Positions 31,862 to 43,744 of a stretch of DNA of 64,000 bases are shown here, piece by piece (the stretch's first letter is position 1; every line of letters begins with the position of its first letter). The position numbers and the translations under genes were made by a program. The DNA lies in NCBI GenBank assembly GCA_963717505.1, contig OY970342.1:4000001-4064000 (forward strand), written 5' to 3'. This DNA is from Candidatus Eiseniibacteriota bacterium. Lineage in GTDB: Bacteria > Eisenbacteria > RBG-16-71-46. Below the pieces are notes generated by a model, which was not told where the DNA came from, made no database searches, and saw only the letters and a program-made list of their open reading frames with translations.

Positions 31862-34318
31862 TCAGATCGGCGCGGGCGGCGGCGCAGCGCGCCGACGGCC
31901 GCGCCAGTAGCCGCCGACCAGGATCCCGATCGCGAGCGTCAGGCTGACCAGCGACAGGATGAACCCCGATCGAACCGAGCCCGCCGAGAAGTGGAACTCG
32001 ACCCGGTGCTTGCCCGGCGGCACCACCACCGCACGCAGCAGGTAGTCCGCCTTGAGCACGGGTACTGCCTTGCCGTCCACCGTCGCGGTCCAGTCCGGGT
32101 ACCAGGCGTCGGCGAGACGAAGGATCGACTGGCCCGGAGTGTCCACGTCCACGATCACGTCGTTCAGTCCGTAGCGGCTGATGACCGCGGCCCCGCCTTC
32201 GGCCGATCCCAGCTCCACCCCCGGATCCTTTTCGAGGAACGTGATCCGGGCCGGATCGGTGGCGCCGGCGCCCACCGAATCCAGGATCGCTCGGGCGGGC
32301 GTGACCACTTCGTACTGATCGACGAGCGTGGCGCGCGGCAGCGCCAGCAGGTTCTCGTACACGTTCTGCGAGCCCGAGTATGCGACCCGCAGGTACGGAG
32401 GCAGCGGATCCACGTTCTGCCGCGTGACGATGAAGCGGACGTTGAGCAGCCGCTGCCAGTCGGGGTTCATGATCAGGTTGGCCTCGATCAGGTCCTGAAT
32501 CAGCCGCGGCTTGGCGGCGTGAGTGCCGCCCACCGATGCGATCCCGAATCCGGCGAATCGATTGTTCTGGAACTCGTCGAGCGGCAGGATGCGGAACGAT
32601 CCGGGCGGCCCGGCCTGCTCGAGGAACTGAACCACGTCGTCCCGCCCGACGTCGAGATTGCGGCGCACCGGATCGCCGAGCACCGGCAACATGAGTTTTC
32701 CGCCGATCGGCCACAGCTCGATCAGCACCAGCGCCAGAACCCCGATGCTGGCGATGCCGGCCGCCAGTCGCCCGCGCACCACGAGCAGAGCCAGGCCCAC
32801 GGCCGCGAGCCCGTAGAAACACGCGCGCGCGAGATCTCCCACCCAGGCGCGGTAGGCCATCTCACCCAGCTCGGCGGTGTAGCCGGCGCCCGCGGCACTG
32901 CGGGCCCGGAGCGCGCGGTCGACGTAGCCCGCGCGCCAGACGTCCTGGCGGAGCACGCCGCCGACCAGAATCACCACCAGCGCTCCGCCGAGAATCAGGA
33001 GGACCCGCGAGACGCGCGCCGCTCGTTCCGCTCCGGCGTCCCGGGCATCGAGCACGGCACTCCACCCCCACGCCACACCGAGGGCCGCGGCCAGCTGGAA
33101 CAGCAGGATGATCATCACCGGCACGCGGAACTTGTTGAACAGCGGCAGGTGCTCGTAGAGGAACCCGTAGAGCGGGAAGTAGCGGCCGAAGGAAATGACC
33201 AGCGCGACCGAAGCCAGCGCGACCGCGAAGCCACGCCGCCAGCCGGTGGCGAACCAGGCGAGCGGCGCCAGCAGCACGGCGACCATGCCGACGAAGGCGT
33301 TCGGATAGTCGGTGAACGGCATGCCGCCCCAGTAGGTCGCGCCGCCGAAGCCGACCCAGCCGGGCACGACGATCGCGGGCAGCTCGTAGGGCGCCATCGA
33401 CCAGCCGGTGGCGTACTCCATCCCGACGCCACCGCCGGCGCCGCCGCCGCGAATCGACCACTGCGCGTAGTCGCGCAGCGGCAGGTTGTAGAAGCCGGCG
33501 ATCCCGAAGGCGAACGCGGCCGCGCCGACGATCGCGACCGCGCGCACCGCACGCGTGGGCAGGGGTGCCGGCTCACGACCGGACTCCGGGGCGCGCAACG
33601 CCGCTGCGATCACGTCGACCATCGCGTAGAGCCCGACCGCCATCCAGGTGTAGAAGCAGATCTGGACGTGGCCGCGCAGCATCTGGAAGCCGCCGGCGAG
33701 CGCCAGCCAGCCGAGGTCGGTCCAGTTTCCCACGCGCGCATCCAGCGGGACGCGAGCCAGACCATGAGCGGCAGGTAGGCGGAGTTCACGAGCTGGCTGC
33801 CGTGTCCGTGCGAGCCGACCGCCACCAGGTTGGGCACGAACACGAACACGACGCCGGCGAGCAGCGCGCCCTCGGGTCGCGCGCCCCACTCGCGCGCCAG
33901 CAGGAACATGAACACTCCGCCGAGGAAGTAGTAGAGCAGCATCCAGGTCAGCTCGGGCAGCGGCAGCGACCTTCTGGAGCGATGCGCCACCGGCCAGTCG
34001 GGCGGGTAGATGAGCGGGTTGTACGCGCCGCTCGCGAACGACGGCATGCCGAGGAACACGTACGGGATTCCACAGCGGGTAGACGTGATCGTCGTAGAGC
34101 GACTGCTCGCCGATTCGGACGAACCCCGCGGGTGCCGTGGTGTCGGGCGAGACGAAGGTCTTGCCGCCGAGCACGACCTCGTGGAAGAAGATGACGACCA
34201 GCAACGCGAGGATGCCCGCGGCCCACGCGGTGCTCAGCGAGAAGCCGCGCCGGCTCGGGGCCGTTGCTCCGGTGGCGCTCTTGGCGCCGGACCGCTTCCC
34301 GGACTTGCGCTCGCTCAT
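31862..34318 (-). CDS. YfhO-family GT-C membrane protein (frameshifted)
   Basis: YPLWNP..FLGMPSFA, GHVQICFY, YWGGMPFTDYPNAF, PLFNKFRVP, YPDWTATVDG...ADYLLRAVVVPPGKHRVEF. Confidence 0.85.
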   Translation of the reverse strand: MSERKSGKRSGAKSATGATAPSRRGFSLSTAWAAGILALLVVIFFHEVVLGGKTFVSPDTTAPAGFVRIGEQSLYDDHVYPLWNPVRVPRHAVVRERRVQPAHLPARLAGGASLQKVAAAARADLDAALLLPRRSVHVPAGARVGRATRGRAARRRRVRVRAQPGGGRLARTRQPARELRLPAAHGLARVPLDARVGNWTDLGWLALAGGFQMLRGHVQICFYTWMAVGLYAMVDVIAAALRAPESGREPAPLPTRAVRAVAIVGAAAFAFGIAGFYNLPLRDYAQWSIRGGGAGGGVGMEYATGWSMAPYELPAIVVPGWVGFGGATYWGGMPFTDYPNAFVGMVAVLLAPLAWFATGWRRGFAVALASVALVISFGRYFPLYGFLYEHLPLFNKFRVPVMIILLFQLAAALGVAWGWSAVLDARDAGAERAARVSRVLLILGGALVVILVGGVLRQDVWRAGYVDRALRARSAAGAGYTAELGEMAYRAWVGDLARACFYGLAAVGLALLVVRGRLAAGIASIGVLALVLIELWPIGGKLMLPVLGDPVRRNLDVGRDDVVQFLEQAGPPGSFRILPLDEFQNNRFAGFGIASVGGTHAAKPRLIQDLIEANLIMNPDWQRLLNVRFIVTRQNVDPLPPYLRVAYSGSQNVYENLLALPRATLVDQYEVVTPARAILDSVGAGATDPARITFLEKDPGVELGSAEGGAAVISRYGLNDVIVDVDTPGQSILRLADAWYPDWTATVDGKAVPVLKADYLLRAVVVPPGKHRVEFHFSAGSVRSGFILSLVSLTLAIGILVGGYWRGRRRAAPPPAPI

Positions 34319-34340
34319 CCCAGGCTCCAGCGCTCGCGGT

Positions 34341-35502
34341 TCACGCGGCGAGCCGCTCTTCGATCTCCGCGACCATGCGCGCCGCCAGCACCGACCAGTC
34401 GTGCGGCCGAGCCAGCGCGCGACAGCGTTCCGCGAGTTCGGCAGCCGCCGCCGAATCCCGGCGCGCGGCGAGTGCGGCGGCGACCGCGGCGGCCATTCCC
34501 GACGGGTCGGTGGCGAACGCCAGGGCCGGCGGATCCGGGGTCAGGTCGAGAATCGGCGTCGTGACCACCGGAATGCCGGCGGCCAGGTACTGGTAGACCT
34601 TGTTGGGATTGATACCCATCACGTACGGATCGCGCGCGCGAAACGGAATCACACCGACATCGAACGCCTGCATCACGGCGGGCACCTGGTCGTAGGGCAC
34701 GGCACCCAGCACGCGCACGCCGTCACGCCGAGCGAACTCGGCGAGCGCCCTGGCGGTCGCGGGCGTGCCGGGACCGACCAACACCAGGACGCCGTCGCCG
34801 CGGGCGCGCCGCAGGGCCTCGAGGGTTTCGAAGTCGAGGAAGTGCGACAGCAGCCCGAGGTAGCCGATCCGCGGGCGCGGCAGGTCGCGCAGCCGGTCGG
34901 GCTCGGGGACCGGGCGCGCGAAGTGCTCCCACTCGACTCCGTTTCCGAGCAGGACCAGCGGCCGGTCGGTCTCGCGGCTCAATTCGCGGCGGTAGTGCTC
35001 GGAGACCACGAAGAACAGGTCGACCTGGTCGCGGGTGCGCTGCCAGTACTCGCGGGCCCAGGACGGCGAGGTCGAGAACTGAAACGGGGAGTCATTGAAG
35101 TCGTAGAATACACGCCGGGCCGAGAGCCCGCGAAAGCGCGCGGGCGGCATAGATGTTCGACGCGAGCACCACCGGTGCCTGCTCGACCCCGAGTCGCTGC
35201 AGCATGCGCCGCAGGTGCGCTCGGCCGCGGCGCCCTCGATCAGGGATCGCGCCCGCGCCGGTCGCGGTCATCGCGTTGTAGAGCGGATTCCGGGTGCCGG
35301 GCTTCAGGAACGGCACCGTGAAGTAGGTGACGTTGCCCTCGCGTCGCGGCGTCCACGGATCACCTCGGCGTCCGCCCGGCGGCTGGGCGAAGAACACGCG
35401 CCAGCGCTCGGGGAAGCGCGACAGCAGGAACTGCTTGCGCGTGCGGAAGTATCCCCAGCGCACTTCGGACAGGACGAGCAGGTCCATGTGCGGGCGGGTC
35501 AC
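34341..35502 (-). CDS. GT4-like glycosyltransferase (frameshifted)
   Basis: RKQFLLSRF, VFYDFND, LGNGVE, PRPRIGYLG, FDVGVIPF, NPNKVYQYLAAGIPVV. Confidence 0.85.
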
Positions 35503-35633
35503 GCGATCGCCGTCATCACCCGTGAGATCGGCGGCACGCCTACGCGGCGGTCACGCCCGCAGGAGTCGCGTTCGCACGGCCCGGCCAGCGTCGCGGCCGC
35601 GCGGTCGGCGCCGGCACCCGCAAGCCGCGCCGC

Positions 35634-37623
35634 TCACCCCGGATCCCCGCCGAGGAAGTGCCGCGCCCAGGCCTCGAGCGACAGCCAGCGCCAGACCTGG
35701 AGCCCGATCGGCGCGCCGGCCGTCGAGGTAGTCCTCGAGTTCGTCGCGCAGCGCCGCGGGGTCGACCCACTCGTGCAGCGGCCCGTAGAACAGCAGGCGC
35801 CGCCGCACCTCGCCCGCGTAGCGACCGCGCAGCCAGAGGTCGGTCGGCGTCTCGAACCCCATCTTGTCGCGGCGCGCGAGCATCGCGCGGCGGCACGCGA
35901 TCGGCGAGCGCGCGGCGCAGCGATCACCTTGGTGGTGCCGCCGTCCAGCTTCTGATCGTCGGGCAGCGAGAACACGAACTCGACCAGCCGATAGTCGAGG
36001 AACGGCAGCCGGGTCTCGATCGAGAACGCCATGCTGTTGCGATCCTCGTAGCGCAGCAGCGACGGCAGCAGACGTTGGAGCGTGTCGAAGGCGAGCTGGC
36101 GCTGGAGCCCGGTCGCGAAGCGGGGATCGGGGCGCGGCGGCGACGGTCGGCTCAGCCGACCGGAGCGCAACGCCGGGCCGAGCACGCGGTCCTTGCCCTG
36201 GCCGAAGTGCCGGCGCAGGCCCGCCACCAAGGGCGGCGGCAGCCACGGCTCGAACGTGAGCGCGAGCGTGGTCGTGAGCCCGAGCCGCGCGGCACCGCGC
36301 CGAGCAGCGCGGCGAACGCTCCCAGCTTGCCGTCGATCAGGTGGTCGCGCAGCCGCATCGGCAGGTAGCGGAAGTAGCCGGCCAGCGTCTCGTCGCCGCC
36401 CTGGCCGTCGAGCAGCACCTTGAGCCCGGCGCGTTGCGCGAGCTCCATCACCTGCCACTGGGAATAGAGCGCCGGGACCGGCGGTGGGCTCGTCCTGCGC
36501 CACCGCCAGGCGGTCGAACACGCCCCAGAAGTCGTCGCCGTCGCGGCACGACACGTGCGAGACGGCGCCGCTCGCCTCGCACACGTCGCTTCACGTATGG
36601 CCGCTCGTCGTAGTCGGGTCCTTCGTCGTAGGCGCAGGTGAACGCGTGGATCGGCTGGCTCGATCTGGCGAGCGGCCGTGGTCACCACCGCGCTCGAGTC
36701 GATGCCGCCCGACAGGCACGAACCAACCTCGACGTCGGCGCGCAGCCGGATGCGGACCGCGTCGGTGAACAGGCGCTCGAATTCGCGCGTCCACTCCTCG
36801 GGGTCGCCGTGAGCGCGGCGTGCGGGATCGAGACTCCACCAGCGTCGATCCGAACGCCGTCGCTCGGCCAACGTCAGCGAGTGTCCCGCCGGCAGCTGCT
36901 CGACACCCTCGAAGAACGTGGACGTCTCGTGGTCCACCCAGTCGAGCGCGAGCAGGTCGCGCACCGCCTCGAGACGCGGCGCGGATGCGGAAGCTCCTGG
37001 GTCAGGACCAGCGCCCGCGGCTCGGATGCGAACGCGAAGTTGCGACCGTCCCACTGGTAGTAGAACGGCTTGACGCCGAAGCGGTCGCGGGCGCAGAACA
37101 GCTCGCGGCGTGCGCGCGTCCCACAGCGCGAACGCGAACATGCCGTTCAGGCGACCGAGGCAGCTCGCGCCCCCACGCGCCGCCACGCCGCGAGCATCAC
37201 CTCGGTGTCGGTGCCGCTCTGGAAACGGTCGCCCAGCGCCTTCGAGCTCCGCGCGCAGCTCGACGTGGTTGTAGATCTCGCCGTTGTAGGTGATCCAACA
37301 GGTGGCGTCGGCGTCGCACATCGGCCCGTGGCCGGCGGCACTCAGGTCCACGATCGCCAGCCGGCGATTGACGAAGCCGAGCCGCAGCGGACGCGTGCCG
37401 GGATCGCCGTGCCGGCGTCCGGGGGCATACGGCAGGGAGCTGGCGAGCACTGCGTCCGGGGTGTCCGGCCCGCCGAGGGTGATGAAGTCGCCGGTCTCCG
37501 GCGTCGAGCAACACGATGCCCTCGTCGTCCGGTCCGCGGTGACGCAGCAGTCGACGCCATGCGGCGCAGCCGGTCCAGATCCGCTCGGCCTTCGGCCCGC
37601 AGCACCCCCGCGATTCCGCACAT
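35634..37623 (-). CDS. asnB: Asparagine synthase-family (glutamine-hydrolysing) amidotransferase (frameshifted)
   Basis: MCGIAG, HRGPDDEG, RRLAIVDLS, YNGEIYN, LSGGIDSS, LDGQGGDE, EDRNSMAFSIETRLPFLD; glycan-locus context suggests sugar amidation. Confidence 0.9.
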
Positions 37624-37648
37624 CGGTGGATCGTCCTCCTGTCGTCGA

Positions 37649-39117
37649 CTAGCTCGGCCGCGGCCCCGTGCCCGGAACCGGCGCCGGTGCGGCCACTCCC
37701 GGCGCGATCGCGCCGGCGTCCCGATGAACTTTGAACACGATGCAGCCGGCGGCGAACGCGACCGCGATCGCCAGCTTCATCGCGGTGCCGAGAATTCCGG
37801 GCGGCGCCAGTCGCTGCGCGACGAACGCGAGCCCGAGCCCGACCGACACCAGCACCACCGCGCGTCCTCCCCGCAACGGCAACGGGTGCACGCGCTGGGC
37901 GACACCGTACGTCACGATCGCGGTCGCCGCATAGGCGGCGAAGGTCGCGAACGCCGCGCCCGGGGCGCCGAAGCGGGGCGTGAACGCGAACTGAGCCACG
38001 AGCGCAACGATCGCACCGATTCCCGCGCACCAGGCGAGCAGTGGCGTGCGCAGCGCCAGCCCGATCCCGAGCGAGGCGACAGTGTAGGCGCCGAACGCCA
38101 CGGCGGCAAAGCATAGCCACACCGCGGGCAGTGCTGCCGCCGCGTAGCGTGAGGGCACCAGGAACGCCAGCGCTTCGGGCGCGAAGGCGGCGACCACCAG
38201 CGCGCCCAGGGTCGCCACCGCCAGGTAGCCGAGGAACACGCGCGCGTAGAGCCGCGGCGCCTCGGGCGTCTCGGCGCGCGCGAACGCGAACGGCCCATAC
38301 GCCAGCTGGAAAGCCGAGGCCGCCAGCGACACGACCGCGAAGCACTTGAGCGCCACCGCGTAGATCGCGACTTCCTCCAGCGATTGCGTCCGTTGCAGGA
38401 CGAAGCGGTCGAGACCGGCGATCACCGCGAAGCCGAAGGCGGCCGGAACCGCCGGGATGCCGTACGAGAGCATGCGCGCGAGGCTCGCGCGACTGAAGGC
38501 GGGCGCCAGCGAGTGCCGGAGCAACACCAGCGCCAGCACGGTCGAGATCATGTCGCCGAGCAGGCGCCCGTAGAGCACTCCAACCACGCCCGCCTCGCGG
38601 ACCAGGACGAAGTAGAGCGAGAAGCCGGCCACCAGAACGGTCTGGGTCAAGTTGAGCGCGATGTACTTCCAGGGCTGGAATGTCACCCGCAGCACGTCGT
38701 TGCCGAACATCACCAGCAGCGTGAACGGCAGCGTCACCGCGCCGAGCAGCAGGTACTTACGGTAGGCCTCGCCGCTCATGAGCAACCCCGCGAGCGGACC
38801 CGACAGCAACGCGAGGAGGACGGCGAGCCCCGTGCTGGTCGCGAGGCGGAAGGCGAGTGACGACGACACCATGCGCACGCGCGCCTCGCGATCCGGCTCC
38901 TGATAGAAGAAGCGCGCGAGTGCGCCGTCCATGCCATGACCATCACCAGCAGCACGGTCTGCGAGTAACCGACCACCAGCTCGCTGACGCCGAACGCCTC
39001 GGGCGTCAGCGCCCGGGTGAGCACCGGCACCAGCAGCAGCTGGACCGCGCGTCCACCGACCTGGCCGAGTCCGTAGACCACCGACTCCGCGGTCAGCCGC
39101 CGCAGCGCTTCACGCAT
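37649..39117 (-). CDS. Wzx/MOP-family oligosaccharide flippase (one frameshift)
   Basis: SVVYGLG..LLVPVLTRALTPEAFG, LDRFVL..VAIYAVA; many TM segments. Confidence 0.85.
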
Positions 39118-39952
39118 GCCGGGTGGAACGCGGCCGGCCGAAAGCGTTTTCGCGCCCGCACCACGGGCATCGCCAGCGGTCCGGCCAGGGTGCCGCGGCG
39201 TCCACGATGCTGTGCTCGCCGCACTCACGGCACACGTGCGTGACCTGTCTGAGCCCGCGCACGCCGGTGCGGCGCAGGTGCAGGACGTAGTTCGCGTCGC
39301 GCGCGAGATCCAGCCCGAACGCCCGATGCAGCCAGGCGAGCGCGTCGGTGAACGGGTCCTGGAGCGGCTTGGTGCGCGCGTCGTTCATCCACGAGAACCC
39401 GGCCGGAACGCGCGCATGGGCGACCAGCTCCATGCCGCGCGCCTGGAACAGATCGAGGAGCTTCTGCAGATCGAAGCGCTGTTGGTGCTCGATGCGCTTG
39501 CCGAACTTGCCGAGCGCGTACTTGGCGAAGTAGCCGGCGAAGCGATAGAGCCGGTCGTCGAACGACGCCGAGCGCGGCACCGACAGATAGAGAGCGCCCC
39601 CGTGCCGGGTGACGCGCACCAGCTCGTCGCAGCAGGCCTCGAGTTCGGTGACGTGCTCGAGCACGTAGTGGCACACGGTGAGGTCGAAGGCGGCGTCGCG
39701 GAGCGGCAGCCGCGCCAGGTCGCCCCGGAACACGCGCACGTGTGCCGCCGGCGCCGGCGGGCCCGGCGGGAACTTGACGTCGAATCCGGTGATCGGGAGA
39801 TCGCTCCGCCGCGCGTACGGCCACGAACCGGGTCCGCAGCCGGCGTCGAGCACGCGCGCCCCGGGCGGCAGCGCGTCGATCATCTCGTAGAGAAAGAGCG
39901 GCGCTTCGTCTTCGGCGCGCACCGGTTTCCGCCCGTCGACGGATCGGCTCAC
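39110..39952 (-). CDS. Class I SAM methyltransferase with C-terminal zinc ribbon
   Basis: VLDAGCGPG, FDLTVCHYVLEHV; C-terminal CRECG..CPWCG. Confidence 0.8.
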   Translation of the reverse strand: MSRSVDGRKPVRAEDEAPLFLYEMIDALPPGARVLDAGCGPGSWPYARRSDLPITGFDVKFPPGPPAPAAHVRVFRGDLARLPLRDAAFDLTVCHYVLEHVTELEACCDELVRVTRHGGALYLSVPRSASFDDRLYRFAGYFAKYALGKFGKRIEHQQRFDLQKLLDLFQARGMELVAHARVPAGFSWMNDARTKPLQDPFTDALAWLHRAFGLDLARDANYVLHLRRTGVRGLRQVTHVCRECGEHSIVDAAAPWPDRWRCPWCGRENAFGRPRSTRHA

Positions 39953-40857
39953 CACCGCACCTCCCCCGCCGGAAGCCCGCGCGCGGCGTCCGCGAAGGCG
40001 CGCGGCACCGCCAGGGCCGCGGTCCCGTGCCCACGCACCGCGAGCCACACCGCCAATACCAGCTGCTGCGCCGCGAACGCCGGCAGCCAGGTCAGCCGGC
40101 CGATCCCGCGCGCATGACGCGCGAACATCGTCAGGTTGGCGCGCAGACGCTGGTAGATCTTCCACGGACTCGCCGCCCCCGAGCTCGCCGACACCTGATG
40201 CCAGAGCCTCGCGGTCGGCACGAACCGCAGCCCGAATCCGGCGTTTCGCGCGCGCAGGCACCAGTCGCAGTCCTCGGCGTAGATGAAGTAGCACTCGTCG
40301 AGCAGGCCGACGCGCTCCCAGACTTCGCGGCGCGCCAGCAGGCAGCAGCCGGTCAGGTAGCCGGTCGACTCGACCGCCCGATAACGGCCGTCGTCGAGTG
40401 CGCGCAGTCCGCGATGGGATGCGTGCCCGAGCGCCGGAATACAGCGTCCGCCCGCGTACCAGATGCGCCGGGTCGGTGCCGCGAAATAGATGAGCGGCGC
40501 GGCCGCACCCGCGGCGGGGTCCTGTTCCAGCGCCAACAGCAAGTGCTCGATCATGCCGGGATCGGCCTGCGTGTCGTTGTTGAGCAGCATGATCGCGTCG
40601 TCACCGCGCGCGAGCGACCGCCTGAGTCCTTCGTTGTTGCCGCCGGCGAAGCGCCGATTCTCGCCGAGCGGCACCCACTCCACGCCGGGGAACTCCCGCG
40701 GAATCGCCTCGACCGAGCCGTCGGTCGAGCCGTTGTCGACCACCATCACCCGCATCCGCCAGCCTTCGGCGACGCGGCAGCGTTCGAGCGTGGGCAGCAG
40801 CGCTCGCGTGTCGGCGAGTCCGTTCCAGTTGAGGACGATCACCGTCAGCGTCTTCAC
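39949..40857 (-). CDS. GT2 glycosyltransferase
   Basis: IVLNWNG, VVDNGSTDGS, FAGGNN, LLNNDT, GCCLL, YAEDCDWC. Confidence 0.92.
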   Translation of the reverse strand: MKTLTVIVLNWNGLADTRALLPTLERCRVAEGWRMRVMVVDNGSTDGSVEAIPREFPGVEWVPLGENRRFAGGNNEGLRRSLARGDDAIMLLNNDTQADPGMIEHLLLALEQDPAAGAAAPLIYFAAPTRRIWYAGGRCIPALGHASHRGLRALDDGRYRAVESTGYLTGCCLLARREVWERVGLLDECYFIYAEDCDWCLRARNAGFGLRFVPTARLWHQVSASSGAASPWKIYQRLRANLTMFARHARGIGRLTWLPAFAAQQLVLAVWLAVRGHGTAALAVPRAFADAARGLPAGEVRW

Positions 40858-42526
40858 GTTTCCGCCTCGCGCCGCGCGGCGCGCCCGGCGCGCCGCCAGG
40901 CGCCCGCGGCGAGCACCGCGAGCGTCAGCGCCGCGATCGCCAGTGGCCAGGGGGCAAACCCGGCGTACCCGAGATAGGCCCACCAGAAGTCGAGCGCGTG
41001 CAGCAGTCGCTCCTGATCCTCGGCGCCGACGCCGATCCGGTCCGCGGCGGCGGCCGGATCGCCGGCGGCTCCGCCCGCGCTCGCGTCCCGCGCTCCGCCG
41101 ACTCGGAGCGACGGCCCCTCGCCGCGCACGAACTCGCCCGTGTTGCGAATCAGCATCCGCCAGTGATCGACGATCGGGGTGAAGCGCGGGTTGAAGTGAC
41201 TGTCGCTCATGAAGCGCGGATGCTCGAGCGGCAGCGTGTAGGGATAGTCCCCGGCCTCGCGCATCTGGGCGCCGAAGTAGACGCCGACCCCGCCGATCTG
41301 GACCAGGGTTCCGAGCACGCCGAGCGTCCAGGCCCAACGCCGCACCGCGCGGCTGCCGCGCTCGAGCACCAGTGCCGCGACCAGGAACGCGAGCGGCAGG
41401 ACCGGAATCAGGTAGCGCGGACCGAACGAGCCGTCGCCCGCCCAGTGCTGGAAGCGTCCATAGAGCAACAGCGCGGCCAAGCTCGCGGCCAGCGCCCCGA
41501 AGCGCACCCGCTGGACCGGGGTCATCGCGGCCGCGGCGCGCCGCCATCCGCGCGCGACGCGCACGTCGGGATCGCGCGATGGCGGCAGCTCGGCGAACGG
41601 CAGCGCCCCCGAGAGCCAGCGCGGCAGCGCCAGCCACAGGGCGGGCGCGAACCACAACACGCCCTTCCCCGACGACAGCAGCAGTCCGAAGAGCCCGACC
41701 CAGAGCGGCGTGGTGTAGGCCGAAGCCGTGGCCTGCGCCCCGTAGCCGGTTTCGAACGGGGTGCCGAAGCGCGCCAGGTTGTAGATCCCGTGCCCGGCGA
41801 GTGCTGCCGCCAGCCCCAGAATCGGCGCGCGCCACGCCCGCGCCGGGCGGCCGATCAGCGTGGTCAGCACGCGAGGGCGAGGGGCAGCATGCTGAGCTTG
41901 ACCGAAACCGCGAGCCAAACGCCGAGCCCGGCCATGCGTTCGGGCCGCGCATCACGACGCCCGGCGCCCACACCCGCACAGCCGGCGAGCGCCAGCAACA
42001 ATCCCAGCGCCTGGAGCGGCTCGGCCATGAAGCTCTTCGCGTACACCCAGAGCGGCGTCGATAGGCCGAGCAGCAGCGTCGCCCCGAACGCCGAGCGCGG
42101 ACCCACGTCCAGGCGCCGCGTCACGGTGTAGAACACCGCGAGCAGGATCGCGGTGACCATGGCGTTGAAGAACGACGCGCCGAAACGCTCGGCGAGATCG
42201 CGACGCGGCGCATCGATTGGCGCCGCGCGCACCGCGGCCTCGACCGCGGCCACCCACGGCAAGGCGATCACCGCCTGCGCCGCGGCGTTCTTCGTGTAGT
42301 GGCGGCCATCCGGCCCCTCGAGGGTCGCGCCCTCGGGCACCGCCAGATCGCCGCGCAGCATCGAGCGCGACAGCTCGAACATCGTGAGCTCATCGCTGCC
42401 GACGATCCGCCCGCCGCCGGTGAGCGCAAACAGGAGAGCCGCGGCGACGGCGATCCGCCAGGCCACGTCGCGGGTCGCGGGCCAGCGAATGGCGCGCGAA
42501 GGGCCCGCGCCCGGAGTCGCGCTCAC
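40854..42526 (-). CDS. GT-C fold membrane glycosyltransferase (one frameshift)
   Basis: GSDELTMF, YAKSFMAEPL, YNLARFGTPFETGY, GLLLSSGKGVLWFAP, WAGDGSFGPRYLIP. Confidence 0.75.
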
Positions 42527-43728
42527 GAGCGGGACTCCGACCAGCCGCGGCCCGGCGCCAGCGCGTCGATCAGCGACTCGGCGCCTCGGCCAGCGCCTGC
42601 CACGAGTGGGCGCTCTGGAGCGCGTGCCACCCCCGCGCGCATCCCGGGGCCGAGGTCCATGGCGAAGTATCGGACGATCGCGGCCGCGAGTACCTCCGGA
42701 TCTTCCGGCGCCACGATCAGCCCGGTCTCTCCCGTCGGTCACGGTCTCCGCCAGCCCGCCGACGTCCGTGGTGATCACCGGCACGCCCAGCGCGTAGGCG
42801 ACGTGCGGTCACGCCGCTCTGAGTCGCCGAGCGATAGGGCAGCACGACCACGTCCGCCGCCTTGAACACGGCTTCGACCTCGTCGTCGGGCAGGTAGCGC
42901 TCGAGCAGCCGAACGTGCGGCTCGCCGCCGGCGCGCACCGCCAGGTCGCGGTAGGGTGCGGCATCCTCGTAGAACTCCCCCGCCACGATCAGCGTCGCCG
43001 GCGCGCGCTGGGCGCGCACCGCGGGCCAGGCCGCGAGCAGCGTGTCGAGACCCTTGTAGCGACGCACGTAGCCGAAGAACAGCACCACCTCGTCGCGCTC
43101 TGGAATTCCGAGCCGCTGTCGCGCCGAGACCCGATCGTAGCGGCCGCGGTCGAACTGCGCGTAGAACGGATGCGGCACGCGGCGCCGCGGCGCTCCCGGC
43201 TTGAGCCGATCGAGGTCGCGCTCCACGCAGTCCGACATGACCAGGTAGCCGTCGGAGTTGCGCAGCATCCAGTGGGTGAAGGCCCCGTCGAATGGCCGCC
43301 GCTCGTGCGGCACCAGGTTGTCGCACACCAGAACGACGCGCGTACCCCGCCGGCGCAACGGACCGACCGACGAGGCGAAGGCCGGCGCGAAGAACGGGAT
43401 CCACCACTTGAGGATCACGGCTCCCGGCGCGAATCGTTCGAGCCGTGCGGCCACCTGTCGCCAGCTCCAGGGCGCGATCGAGTCGAGCAGCGATTCGACG
43501 GGAAAGGCCGGACGCGGAGCCTGCGGGTCGAGCTGTGAGCGTGCCCGGGAACAGGAATCCCGGATACTGGCGGGTGAAGGTGACGCCGAACACTTCGGCG
43601 CGCGCGCTCAACGCCTCGCCCAGCAACGCCAGGTACTGCGCGAGTCCGCCGCGCCACGGGGCCAGCGGCCCGAGCAGCGCCACGCGGCGACCGCCGGCCT
43701 CGCGACCCGCTCCCGTCGCCGGCGTCAC
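42523..43728 (-). CDS. GT4 glycosyltransferase (frameshifted)
   Basis: GPLAPWRGGLAQY, QYPGFLFPG, WWIPFFAP, FFGYVRRYKGLD, LPYRSATQSGV, TDVGGLAE. Confidence 0.88.
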
Positions 43729-43744
43729 CGGTGCCGTCCGCGCC

